A stretch of DNA of 22,323 nt from positions 1 through 22,323 of the forward strand of contig JBFRWI010000031.1 of NCBI GenBank assembly GCA_051439505.1, in the 5' to 3' direction. Below are positions 1-9,743 of the stretch, piece by piece (positions within the stretch are counted from its first letter, which is position 1; each line of letters opens with the position of its first letter). Below the pieces are notes generated by a model that made no database searches, had not been told where the DNA came from, and saw only the letters and a list, made by a program, of their open reading frames with translations. Made by a program: the position numbers and the translations under genes. The stretch is from Hormoscilla sp. Lineage in GTDB: Bacteria; Cyanobacteriota; Cyanobacteriia; Cyanobacteriales; Desertifilaceae.

Positions 1-22
1 TCGGGCGGCCCTCCCAGTCGCC

Positions 23-99
23 GGATCCCCCCAAACCCCCCTTTATTGGGGGGCTTCCGGAACCCCCCCCTTTTGGAAGGGGGGGTTTGGGGGGGATCC
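23..99. repeat. GC-rich REP-like palindrome (GGATCCCCCCAAACCCCCCTT...AAGGGGGGGTTTGGGGGGGATCC)
   Basis: Arms 23-43 and 77-99 are reverse complements apart from homopolymer length, with internal C-run/G-run hairpins. Resembles common cyanobacterial intergenic repeats. Confidence 0.8.
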
Positions 100-113
100 T
101 CTCCAACTACTTT

Positions 114-214
114 TGACCACACCCACAAATGCATGACCACACCCGATCCTTTCCAACAAATGCATGACCACACCCCGGGCGGGGAGGTCAAGTACCAACT
201 GACGCATGACCACA
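114..214. repeat. Cluster of short direct repeats, core TGACCACA(CCC)
   Basis: TGACCACACCC at 114, 134 and 165. ACAAATGCATGACCACACCC occurs twice (about 126-144 and 157-175). GCATGACCACA at 204-214. Confidence 0.75.
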
Positions 215-222
215 GAGGTACT

Positions 223-690
223 CTATAGAGTTGATACGCTTGATGCGATCGCCCCAGGATCCAGAACCAACCAACGTTCTCCCCGATCGTTTTGCCAACT
301 CCCCGTTATGCACTTACTTTCCTTGATTTTAGCATGAGGTAATGAGAGTGTTGTGATTTGGCAATGCATCACCTTTCCCACCTTATCTACCAGTATTCCC
401 AGGGGTTCTCCTTGAGTAGTCTCCCCCCGAACGACGATAACGCTACATTTTTGCTCTAGATAATCTGGAGTAAATATTGGAGGATATCCCAATAAATAAC
501 CCAGATCTATTAACCATAACACCGCACCTTCCCAAAGGCAAACCCCCACCACTGCTGTTGGCATATCTGGAATTTGCACGATCGCACTTCTGTCTAATCT
601 CAGCACCTTTACCAACTGGGCCGTCCGCAGCATTCCCTGCATCTCGCCCTGCATAGAAAAACTCAGAAACCGTGTCCCTTCCTCATTCAT
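223..690 (-). CDS. cheW: CheW-like chemotaxis/phototaxis adaptor protein
   Basis: Motifs IVQIPDMPTAVVGVCLWEGAVLWLIDL, GILVDKV and VLDP are typical of CheW. The ATG at 690 overlaps the upstream cheY stop (ATGAATGA). Confidence 0.88.
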   Translation of the reverse strand: MNEEGTRFLSFSMQGEMQGMLRTAQLVKVLRLDRSAIVQIPDMPTAVVGVCLWEGAVLWLIDLGYLLGYPPIFTPDYLEQKCSVIVVRGETTQGEPLGILVDKVGKVMHCQITTLSLPHAKIKESKCITGSWQNDRGERWLVLDPGAIASSVSTL

Positions 691-1051
691 TGACAACACT
701 TCTCACCGTTTCCAGCATTTCTTCGGGGTCGATCGGTTTGGTTATATAGGCATCTGCACCTTGCTTCATCCCCCAACTTTTATCTATCTTACCCGACTTA
801 CTCGAACAGATGATAATCGGAATATGGGCCGTCTTCTCCTTGCCTTTCAGGTCTCTACACAGACCATAACCACTTTGACCGGGTAATACCACATCCATGA
901 CAATCGCATCAAATGTTTTTTTCTCCAAGATTGCCTTGGCTGCTTCTGCGGTCGTGACAGGCGTCACATCGAAATGCGCTTTCTTCAAACTCTTTGTCAA
1001 GATATCTGCCGCAGTCTCGCTATCTTCCACCACCAAGATTTTTTTCCCCAT
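683..1051 (-). CDS. cheY: Single-domain CheY-like response regulator (PixH/PilH type)
   Basis: KILVVEDS, IVMDVVLP (phosphoacceptor Asp), IIICSSK and AYITKP motifs. A GAGGAG RBS precedes the ATG at 1051. Confidence 0.9.
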   Translation of the reverse strand: MGKKILVVEDSETAADILTKSLKKAHFDVTPVTTAEAAKAILEKKTFDAIVMDVVLPGQSGYGLCRDLKGKEKTAHIPIIICSSKSGKIDKSWGMKQGADAYITKPIDPEEMLETVRSVVNE

Positions 1052-1164
1052 CTTTATCTCCTCTAAGCTGTCGTGCATTTAAATTGCATGGGCCGATCCG
1101 CCGATATCCTTGTTCTGGTGGGACTTTCCCCTTCGCGCAGGCGTAGCCGTGTGGCGCAGCCATA

Positions 1165-1195
1165 TTTTGAATTATGAATTTTGAATTTTGAATTG
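1165..1195. repeat. Heptamer tandem repeat (TTTTGAA)n, STRR-like
   Basis: TTTTGAA-TTATGAA-TTTTGAA-TTTTGAA-TTG. The 22-mer ATGAATTTTGAATTTTGAATTG recurs at 10704-10725. Confidence 0.8.
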
Positions 1196-1222
1196 CTTAG
1201 TTCATCCTTCACCCAGAACTCT

Positions 1223-2467
1223 TTACTCTGCGGACTCCGTTGCCCCTTGGCGGAGAGTAGAAGCTTTTCCCGCACCCGGAGAGGAAAAAAAACTGGGCAT
1301 TTCTCCTGTCGTCTTGTTTTCCTTCTCCGCCCGTTCTGCTACCTTGCTCAGATATTTAGTAACCAGTTGCAGAGTTTTTTCTGGTTCTGGGGGCTTAGCT
1401 AAAAAATCCGAAGCACCCACTAACTGGGCGCGAGTGCGATCGATCGGGTTATCCCGACTGGTAAGGATAATGATCGGCGTCTTTTCAAACACGGGGGTAT
1501 TGCGCAAGAAATTACAGACATTGTAGCCGCTAGAATTGGGCATCACTAGGTCCAGGAAAATCAAATCCGGTTTCTCTTCTGCCAGTTGAGCCATTCCCCG
1601 CATCGGGTCGGTAATTTCCAACATTCTATACCCCGCTGGCATCAAGATTTTCTTCATCGTTTCCAACACCACCTGATTATCGTCAATACAAGCGATTAAA
1701 GGTTGTGGCACAGATGGTTCAGTCACTGCTGGGCTTGGTGTCTCCACCGGTTGCACTTGGACTGGTACTGGTAAATCAGGGATTCCTTGCAATTGTAGCA
1801 GACCCTTTTGGGCCAAGGGTCTCAAAGCCTGAGTCACCACTATTATCGGTTTGCGTAGCGTCATAGCAATATCCCACAGAGTCAACTCACCCTTCAGGTA
1901 TTTAGCCATACCCGAAAAAGCTTCCGGGGAAACCTGCTGCTTCAAACTTGGTGCTACAGTTGGAGAAAGCTTGCCCAAACCAGCAGCCACCCATTGTTGT
2001 TGCAACCTAGCTGCAGCTTCCAGCACCTGTTCTACTTCCTGGTAAGACAAAGCTAAACCTAGAGAGAGTCCCTGGGAAGTTATTTGCCCGGGTTCCCAAT
2101 TATAACTTAAATCACTTTTACCTGCCAGACCAAAAAACACTTCTAAGGCAACGGCACGAATTATTTTCTTAGCTTGAGTAAAGTTCAATTGCTTCATTGC
2201 AATGCCCTCTGAGAGTAACTGACATTCCCAGGGTTCTATAAATTGCTGTAACTCCGACTCTTTGTCGATCCAGTTAGGGGCATGTTGCTTTGACGCTCTT
2301 TCCCAGCGTCTCACTCGGTGGCTGCCGCCTGTAGCATAGAGTAACCTCCCGCCCACCAAGTGCAGTTTTGCCGATAGGGCAGAGTTACTGATAACTAGGT
2401 CTCCCGTTGCCCTCTGTTGGTTCAAGCTGTCTAATTCTGCCACCAGTTGTTTTGTGGATGCTGTCAT
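1223..2467 (-). CDS. PatA-family response regulator (PATAN N-terminal domain + C-terminal receiver), PixG/PilG-like
   Basis: N-terminal TGDLVI...LHLVGGRLLYATGGSHRVRRW (PATAN-like). C-terminal IACIDD, LIFLDLVMP, IIILTS and FLAKP. First gene of a patA-cheY-cheW order. Confidence 0.88.
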   Translation of the reverse strand: MTASTKQLVAELDSLNQQRATGDLVISNSALSAKLHLVGGRLLYATGGSHRVRRWERASKQHAPNWIDKESELQQFIEPWECQLLSEGIAMKQLNFTQAKKIIRAVALEVFFGLAGKSDLSYNWEPGQITSQGLSLGLALSYQEVEQVLEAAARLQQQWVAAGLGKLSPTVAPSLKQQVSPEAFSGMAKYLKGELTLWDIAMTLRKPIIVVTQALRPLAQKGLLQLQGIPDLPVPVQVQPVETPSPAVTEPSVPQPLIACIDDNQVVLETMKKILMPAGYRMLEITDPMRGMAQLAEEKPDLIFLDLVMPNSSGYNVCNFLRNTPVFEKTPIIILTSRDNPIDRTRAQLVGASDFLAKPPEPEKTLQLVTKYLSKVAERAEKENKTTGEMPSFFSSPGAGKASTLRQGATESAE

Positions 2468-2563
2468 AGGAACGCTCCGCGAAAAATAGAGGTTGCTTTA
2501 GCCTAATTTTTTTGTTACTCGATCTCCTATTATGCCTCGTTATTTGGCAAACCATACATTTCC

Positions 2564-4564
2564 TCAGAAAATAACGTCCCCAATGCTTGGCGAAATTAAT
2601 TCCATGTTGTATCCTAGGATTCTCTCGATCGCCTCTGATGCCCCCAGATAGGAAACAGGCGTAATGCTATTGGGAACCAGTTGGCCTTCCCTGGATGCTC
2701 CGATCCTAGTGGTGCCAGGGAGGGCATCAGCAGTAGAAGTTCGCCGTCTTTCGAGCACCCGCACCCGCACTATGCTATTGTCTTCTCCCCGACCATCAGA
2801 GATACTGTACCTGAAGCTGTCGATACCCAGAAAACCAGGGTTGGGTCGGTACAGCAGGCGATCGTCGGTGGTATCGGAGGGAGTACCGTTGTCCAGAAGC
2901 CTGAGAGTGCCGTTGGTAGGACTTTCAAAGCTGACAAGTTGAATGCGATCGCCATCTGGGTCAATATCATTAGCCAGGAGATCGATCGCCACTGGCTGGT
3001 TTCTCAAGCTAGCAGCGCTGTCTCTCCGGGCCATGGGAGGACTATTGGGTGGGGGCGGAGGTTCGGGAGGATCGACTGGTTCTCCTAGAACTGCGGCCAC
3101 TGCTGCCGACCCGTCGATCAAGCCGAAACCGCTAGCGAAGTCGAACCCAGGAGTTTCCATATCTATAGCAGTCTCGGACAGCACCGAGTAAATTTGCTGG
3201 GGACTCAAGCTGCCAGGACCGCCAGCAGCCTCCAGCATCAAAGCCGCGACTGCTGCCGCGTGGGGGGCCGCTGCCGAAGTTCCGCGAAAAGTCTCGAAAC
3301 CCGGTACTGTAGTAGCAGTGCCGTCGGGAGCGACAAACAGAGGCTGGTTGCGAATTTCCGGAGTTGGCAAGCGGTTCCCCTCGGTATCGAATAAAATTGG
3401 AGTGCCTCCCAGAGAAGAAAAATCTCCCAGTTCTGGTGGGTTAACGCCGAACTCTGGCGTATCTGAGAAGTTAGCTGCGCCGACTCCAGCAGCCCCAGCG
3501 GCATTGGGATGACCGAAGGAGGTAGAACTGTTAATTAGGGATTGTTCGGTAAAGTTCGCCCGATCGCCAAAATCAATATATTTGATCAGATCTGGATCGA
3601 CATCGCTGCCCACGCTCTTGTCGTGGACGATCGTCAAATTAAAAGTTTGGGTTTCTTCTGTGCCGTTAAAAAAAGATAACCGCTCCAGGGCATCCTGTCC
3701 CAGGTTAGCGGAAGCCGCACCGCCAACCACTTCAGTGCGGTCTTCATTGAACACATAGATATCTAGGTCTCTGGTAGATCCATCGCCACCGCTAACCGAG
3801 AAGAAGGGGTCGTCCCACTGAAAGCTGATAACGATCTCGTCAGAGGGACCGAGAGTGAATTCTTGGAATTCATTGCCCGGAGTGAACTCGTGGGCAGTAC
3901 CGCCAAAGAAGCTATCTACTTGTCCGAAGAAGTTGCCAGGGAAAATGTTGACGGGAAAGTCTCCCTCCTCATAGGTCGTGCCGGGATTAAAACTGCTTTC
4001 ATAGGAGTTGTTACCAGCATTACCAACTGCCGAGAAATAGGCCACCCCCGCAGCTGCCGCCCGATCGGCAGCTTGGGCGATAATGCCATCTTGGAAGAAA
4101 GGTTGATCGAAGTAGGCAATGTCATCAACAATAATATCGGCCCCAGCGGCCACGAGTTCATCGATGCCATCGGCGAAGTCAGCCGAACCCAACCCTGCGG
4201 TGCGAAAGATTAAATCAGCACCAGGAGCCAGATCGTAGATCAGTTGTAGCATGGCCCGACCTTCATCATTGCCAGGAAAAGCTTCATCCCTACTAAGCAA
4301 ATCTCTCAAGACAGTTACCCCCTCGGGCAGGTCGCCACTTTCGACATCATCGGCGGCTCCCCCCAAGTTATCATAGCTATCGGAGAGCACGCCGATGGTA
4401 ATGCCAGTGCCGTCTACGCCGAAGTCACTGCGGGCGTCGTCAGCCCTCAGGGCCCGATCGCCTTGAGAGGTGACATCTCCGACGTTAGTAATAAATGTCG
4501 GGCCTTGGTGTCTGTCTCGTAACGATGCTTGTGTAGTTCCCATGTCTGGTGTCTCGTGCTTCAT
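2564..4564 (-). CDS. Subtilase-fold serine peptidase (S8/S53-like DEGRAM subgroup) with Pro-rich linker and C-terminal Ig/cadherin-like (Big_9-type) domain; N-terminus appears short
   Basis: IGVLSDS (Asp), NDEGRAML (Glu in place of His), SAVGN oxyanion Asn, FRGTSAAAPH (Ser). PPEPPPPP linker, then IDLLANDIDPDGD...YRPNPGFLGIDSFRYSISDG. Confidence 0.85.
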   Translation of the reverse strand: MKHETPDMGTTQASLRDRHQGPTFITNVGDVTSQGDRALRADDARSDFGVDGTGITIGVLSDSYDNLGGAADDVESGDLPEGVTVLRDLLSRDEAFPGNDEGRAMLQLIYDLAPGADLIFRTAGLGSADFADGIDELVAAGADIIVDDIAYFDQPFFQDGIIAQAADRAAAAGVAYFSAVGNAGNNSYESSFNPGTTYEEGDFPVNIFPGNFFGQVDSFFGGTAHEFTPGNEFQEFTLGPSDEIVISFQWDDPFFSVSGGDGSTRDLDIYVFNEDRTEVVGGAASANLGQDALERLSFFNGTEETQTFNLTIVHDKSVGSDVDPDLIKYIDFGDRANFTEQSLINSSTSFGHPNAAGAAGVGAANFSDTPEFGVNPPELGDFSSLGGTPILFDTEGNRLPTPEIRNQPLFVAPDGTATTVPGFETFRGTSAAAPHAAAVAALMLEAAGGPGSLSPQQIYSVLSETAIDMETPGFDFASGFGLIDGSAAVAAVLGEPVDPPEPPPPPNSPPMARRDSAASLRNQPVAIDLLANDIDPDGDRIQLVSFESPTNGTLRLLDNGTPSDTTDDRLLYRPNPGFLGIDSFRYSISDGRGEDNSIVRVRVLERRRTSTADALPGTTRIGASREGQLVPNSITPVSYLGASEAIERILGYNMELISPSIGDVIF

Positions 4565-4844
4565 GCCCCATTCCGTCTCCAGCTCATGATACCCTTATCG
4601 GTTGTTCGCAGTCATTTGGTTCGAGACTGTCTGCCCAAAATCTAGACAGATAAAGGGTTTAAGCCAATTTTACTCCAACAACAAGTCTGAGGCGATCGGG
4701 TGGTGGGGGGGTAGATCCTAAAAAATTTATGTATTTGCGGGCGTAAGCCAGAAATCGTAATAGATTGTTGAGAGCATATAAACCTAGAGCACTCTTGTCC
4801 GATGGAGGAGAGTCTGCAAAAACATTACTTCAGTAGGAGATTAG

Positions 4845-5870
<1,026 letters not shown>

Positions 5871-6034
5871 AGTCTCCCGGCCCGCCGTGGGTTCAAACCC
5901 TAAGGCTTTTAGCTGAAGTCGGTTGAAAACCGACTGGAATGCACCATTGGAGATTGGTCAAGTAGTCTCCTGGCCCGCCGTGGGTTCAAACCCACGGCTA
6001 ATAGCTGAAGTCGGTTCAAAACCGACTGAAAACC
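5871..6034 (+). repeat. Two tandem copies of a double-hairpin REP-like element
   Basis: Copies at 5871-5939 and 5964-6034 of AGTCTCC(C/T)GGCCCGCCGTGGGTTCAAACCC...AGCTGAAGTCGGTT(G/C)AAAACCGACTG, starting immediately after the gap1 stop codon. Confidence 0.9.
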
Positions 6035-6066
6035 TGGATAAAAATACGATCGCAACAGACAAGGGA

Positions 6067-6095
6067 GTTGGGTTTCGTACCTCTACCCAACCTAC
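6067..6095 (-). repeat. GTAG-type REP element
   Basis: The minus strand reads GTAG-GTTGGGT-AGAGGTACGAA-ACCCAAC: a GTAG foot followed by a 7-bp stem. Confidence 0.75.
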
Positions 6096-6113
6096 GGGAC
6101 AGGAATATTTTTT

Positions 6114-7313
6114 ATGTATAATAGAGCGCTGTTATGGTCGATTTATTTGTGCTGTCTGGTAAGCGCGATCGCCCTGGCAGTATTCCTCCAGGACTCGCCA
6201 CTGTCGGTGACGAAGGGTGCTGTTGAGGTGCAGCCAGCGCCCGAGATCAGGGGAGTCTGGTTAACTAATGTGAGCAGTGGCGTGCTATTCTCTCCTTGGG
6301 GCATTAACCGGGCGATCGCCCAGCTATCCCAACTAAACTTTAACACAATATATCCTGTAGTTTGGAATCGCGGTCATACATTTTATCCCAGTAAAGTCGG
6401 GAAACAAGTTACGGGTAGGTATCAGGAACCTCTACTGAGTTGGGCCAGACCGGGAGGGGATACATTAAGGCAGATAATTAAACTGGGACATAGTCATAAA
6501 TTAAGAGTTATTCCCTGGTTTGAGTATGGTTTCATGGCACCGAGTGATTCGCAACTGGTGCGGCGTCACCCCGACTGGCTGACTACCAGTCAATCGGGAA
6601 TGAAGCACAAGATACATAACAAGTTTAACCTGGATTGGCTGAATCCTCTTCACCCAGAAGTGCAGAAATTGATGCTAGATCTGATTCGGGAAGTAGTAAC
6701 TAAGTATGATGTAGATGGCATTCAAATAGATGACCATTTTGGCATGCCCTCGGAGTATGGTTATGACCCTTTTACTATCGGGCTTTATCAGCATGAACAT
6801 GGGGGGAAAAGTCCTCCCTTAGATTATTATAACCCGGAGTGGATGTATTGGCGAGCTGCCAAGATTACTAATTTTATGGCACGGGTGTTCGAGACGGTCA
6901 AGGAGATTAAACCAGACTGTTTAATTTCCTTATCTCCTAATTCCCAGTATTTTTCCTATAGAAATTATCTCCAAGATTGGCAGACTTGGGTGCGACTGGG
7001 TTTAATAGATGAGTTGGTCTTGCAGGTATATCGAGGAAATTTGCCAGATTTTCGAGCGGAGTTGTCACAACCAGCAGTAAAGATAGCTAACCGCAAAATT
7101 CCCTTGGCCGTGGGTATTACTAGCGGGACTTTGAACAGTCCCGTACAGATGAGGCAGATCCGAGAACAGGTGCAGGAAGTGCGCGATCGGGGGTTGAATG
7201 GAGTATCATTCTTTTACTGGGAGAGTTTGTGGGGTTATATCGCCCCGGAATCTCCCCGGGAACGGCGCCGGGCCTTCCAGAAACTTTTCCCTTCTCGGGC
7301 AACTCTACCTTAG
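6114..7313 (+). CDS. Glycoside hydrolase-like family 10 (DUF187/YddW-like) protein with N-terminal signal or membrane anchor
   Basis: EIRGVWLT, FNTIYPVVWNRG, VIPWFEYG, WLNPLHPEVQ, YDVDGIQIDDHF and QDWQTW motifs. Hydrophobic N-terminus. Confidence 0.88.
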   Translation: MYNRALLWSIYLCCLVSAIALAVFLQDSPLSVTKGAVEVQPAPEIRGVWLTNVSSGVLFSPWGINRAIAQLSQLNFNTIYPVVWNRGHTFYPSKVGKQVTGRYQEPLLSWARPGGDTLRQIIKLGHSHKLRVIPWFEYGFMAPSDSQLVRRHPDWLTTSQSGMKHKIHNKFNLDWLNPLHPEVQKLMLDLIREVVTKYDVDGIQIDDHFGMPSEYGYDPFTIGLYQHEHGGKSPPLDYYNPEWMYWRAAKITNFMARVFETVKEIKPDCLISLSPNSQYFSYRNYLQDWQTWVRLGLIDELVLQVYRGNLPDFRAELSQPAVKIANRKIPLAVGITSGTLNSPVQMRQIREQVQEVRDRGLNGVSFFYWESLWGYIAPESPRERRRAFQKLFPSRATLP

Positions 7314-7375
7314 AGTTTCCAAGAGTCGGTTCCCAATGAGGGACAGGCAAGATATAACAGGACTAGAATAGTTTT

Positions 7376-7957
7376 ATGTCAGATGTTTTGCCTTCTAAGA
7401 AAAAGTTTGCATACAGTTTATGGTTACAGTGGGTATTGGCCACGGTTGGCGGTTTTGGGCTGAGTTTGCTGTTGATTGAAATCGGCGAACGACCGGATAT
7501 GGGAGTTTGGGAAGGACTCATCGGAGGAGGGGCGATCGGGTTAGGGCAATGGTTGGTACTCAGAGGTCGAATTTCCCATGCTTGGTGGTGGATAGTTGCG
7601 AGTATTGTCGGTTGGGGATTAATAGGGGCAAGCGATCTTGGGGCCCTGGGGTGGGCGGCACCGCGAACTATGCAAATTCCTTTGAGATTGATATTCGGGT
7701 TTGCGGACGGGTTGCAGATCGGATGTTGGCTGGGAGCGCTACAATGGTTGGTACTCAGTCGGCAAGTCCCCTTCGCTTGGTTGTGGACATTGGTAAGTAC
7801 GGGAAGTTGGGCTATAGGAATGGCGATCGGGTGGGGAGTAGGGGGAATGTTGCGCCAGGCGACGAACTTTTTTCTGGGAGATGTAGTGGGTTTAGCGGTA
7901 GCATGGTTGGTGGTCGGCGGACTGACAGGTATCGCCTTGGCGAGGTTAATGCAATGA
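7376..7957 (+). CDS. Gly/Trp-rich integral membrane protein of unknown function
   Basis: About six hydrophobic segments. Internal repeat G..QWLVL.....AW.W (twice). Confidence 0.75.
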   Translation: MSDVLPSKKKFAYSLWLQWVLATVGGFGLSLLLIEIGERPDMGVWEGLIGGGAIGLGQWLVLRGRISHAWWWIVASIVGWGLIGASDLGALGWAAPRTMQIPLRLIFGFADGLQIGCWLGALQWLVLSRQVPFAWLWTLVSTGSWAIGMAIGWGVGGMLRQATNFFLGDVVGLAVAWLVVGGLTGIALARLMQ

Positions 7958-7986
7958 CTTTTTCGAGCACCTCAATTTTGTTTCCC

Positions 7987-8991
7987 TCACCCCGCTGCTG
8001 CATAGAAACCAGCATCGGGCAACTTGCCCTTCAGCAGCTTTGGGTTCACCTGCATTAAAGATTTAAAGAAAGTTTCTAGCTCTGGCCTTGCCTCTGCTGC
8101 TGGCACATATTCAAACAGATTCTTTTTGAGAGATTGCTCAATCACAGTCGAGGGAATGTCCAGATACTTCGACCCCAGTTCGGCAGCAGCAGTAGGGTTT
8201 TGCTCGATCCAGTCCAGGGAGTTGCGCAATTCAGATTGGATCGTTTCAGCCACATCGGCATGGTTCTCCATGAAGCTACTCAGAACCGAAACCCCCGCCT
8301 GGGGAAAACGAGCCGCTTTACCCGTGACCTGCCCCCAGGCTTTCTTAAAGTCCAGGTTATAGAACAGTTCCATATTCTGCTGCTGAGCTTTAGCCACCAC
8401 ACTACTGGCCTGGGGCTCAGAAAACACCCCCGCATCCCCCTTGCCTACAAGCAAGAGTTGAGCCGTCGTCTGAAAATCTTGGGTAGATTGAATCGTTATT
8501 TCCCGGTCGGGTTGCACCCCCGACTGACCAGCCAGAAATCGGAAGATCATCTCTGGCAGACCGCCCTTGAAGGGGATCAGCACCGATTTACCCCGCAGGT
8601 CTTCCCAGCTAGCAATGGTAGAATCAGGGGAAAGCAGGTAAATGTTGCCCCAAATCATCACGTTTAACAGCTGAATGGGCAACTCTTTTTGATATAGCCC
8701 CGCAGAGAGTAAAGTTGGGTTAGCCGCAAGCTGTACTTGTCGGGAAGTCAACAGGGCTTTCATTTGTTCGTGGTTCCGCGCGGGGATGAACTTGCTATCG
8801 GGTACTACCTCAGGCAGACCGCTTTTTTCTATGAGGTAGGCCAGGGGTATCGCTAGCAAAATGGGAGTGCCCCCAATTCCCAGGGAAGACAAATTGCTGC
8901 TGGAGGGGACTTGCGGACCGCAGCCTCCTGCCATTGTCAAACCAATGCTAGCGGTCATAAGTTGTAAGAACCGACGGCGATCGCACTTCAT
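7987..8991 (-). CDS. NitT/TauT (SsuA/NMT1-like) ABC transporter substrate-binding protein, probable Tat lipoprotein
   Basis: DRRRFLQL twin-arginine motif followed by an AGGC lipobox-like site. IASWEDLRGKSV, and WIEQNPTAAAEL. ATGA overlap with the ATPase stop. Confidence 0.85.
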   Translation of the reverse strand: MKCDRRRFLQLMTASIGLTMAGGCGPQVPSSSNLSSLGIGGTPILLAIPLAYLIEKSGLPEVVPDSKFIPARNHEQMKALLTSRQVQLAANPTLLSAGLYQKELPIQLLNVMIWGNIYLLSPDSTIASWEDLRGKSVLIPFKGGLPEMIFRFLAGQSGVQPDREITIQSTQDFQTTAQLLLVGKGDAGVFSEPQASSVVAKAQQQNMELFYNLDFKKAWGQVTGKAARFPQAGVSVLSSFMENHADVAETIQSELRNSLDWIEQNPTAAAELGSKYLDIPSTVIEQSLKKNLFEYVPAAEARPELETFFKSLMQVNPKLLKGKLPDAGFYAAAG

Positions 8992-9743
8992 AGCTTTAAC
9001 TCCTCAGATGATGACACTCGGGTTTCGATCCCAAAGCTAGCGGCGACTTCGGGGATAGCCTGTAACTGAGACAGGATGCGGTAAACATAGGCTGGGTCTC
9101 GCCTTTGGGGAGGCAGTTCGTTCTGCCAGCTATAGACAATTCTCCCAGGTCGGGGGGACAAGACCAGCAGGCGATCGGCCATAATAGCGGCCTCGGCCAG
9201 GTCGTGAGTAACCAGAATAGCAACAGTTTGGTGCTGCTGCACCCAGTTCATCACCAGCCCCTGCAACTGCTGCCGCACGCCGATATCCAGGGAACTGAAA
9301 GGTTCATCCAACAGCAGCAGGCGGGGATCTACAGCAAAGGCCCTAGCCAGGTTGACCCGCTGTTTCATGCCACCGCTAAGCTGCTGGGGATACAGGTGGG
9401 TCCCATCGGACAAACCTACCTTTTCAGCTAGGGCCCAGGCCAGTTGCAGCCTTTGGGAGAGGCTGACTCCCCGGGCTTTGAGACCAATAGCAATGTTTTC
9501 GACGGTGCTGTACCAGGGGAACAGGCGAGGTTCTTGAAAGACATAGGCCGTGCGATCGGGGTCCGGCATCACATCTCCAGCGGTTGGGGAAAGCAAGCCC
9601 GCCAGGAGGTTGAGTAAGGTCGTCTTGCCGCAACCCGATGGCCCCATCAGACCAATAATCTGCCCCGGTTCTGCTGCCAGACTGACATCATCCAGAATCA
9701 GCCGGGTGTCGTACTGGTGATAAATCCGATTGAGTAGTTGCAC
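8988..9743 (-). CDS. NitT/TauT ABC transporter ATP-binding protein
   Basis: GPSGCGKT, YVFQEPRLFPW, YPQQLSGGMKQR, LLLDEPFSSLD, VTHD and PRPG motifs. GTG start. Confidence 0.92.
   Translation of the reverse strand: MQLLNRIYHQYDTRLILDDVSLAAEPGQIIGLMGPSGCGKTTLLNLLAGLLSPTAGDVMPDPDRTAYVFQEPRLFPWYSTVENIAIGLKARGVSLSQRLQLAWALAEKVGLSDGTHLYPQQLSGGMKQRVNLARAFAVDPRLLLLDEPFSSLDIGVRQQLQGLVMNWVQQHQTVAILVTHDLAEAAIMADRLLVLSPRPGRIVYSWQNELPPQRRDPAYVYRILSQLQAIPEVAASFGIETRVSSSEELKL

Noticed and set aside
114..214. Possible mini-CRISPR array
   Set aside because: The repeats are 11-20 bp with irregular, too-short spacers, and there are no cas genes.
46..228. 60-aa ORF on + strand
   Set aside because: It is a translation of the palindrome and TGACCACA repeats, has a TTG start and no RBS.
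2664..4213. Several short antisense or alternative-frame ORFs inside the peptidase (and likewise inside other long genes)
   Set aside because: They are shadow ORFs of well-supported genes with no independent motifs.
5871..6034. Possible CRISPR array or tRNA
   Set aside because: The units are ~70 bp, only two are in tandem, and other copies are dispersed or inverted. GGTTCAAACCC mimics a T-loop, but there is no cloverleaf.
5923..6162. 79-aa ORF
   Set aside because: It is made up of REP sequences and overlaps the glycoside hydrolase start.
7315..7343. GTTTCCAAGAGTCGGTTCCCAATGAGGGAC, loosely like a cyanobacterial CRISPR repeat
   Set aside because: Single copy, with no spacer-repeat structure.
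7507..8058. 183-aa alternative-frame ORF
   Set aside because: It overlaps the membrane protein gene and the SBP 3' end, and its Arg/Gly-rich composition is typical of a shadow frame.
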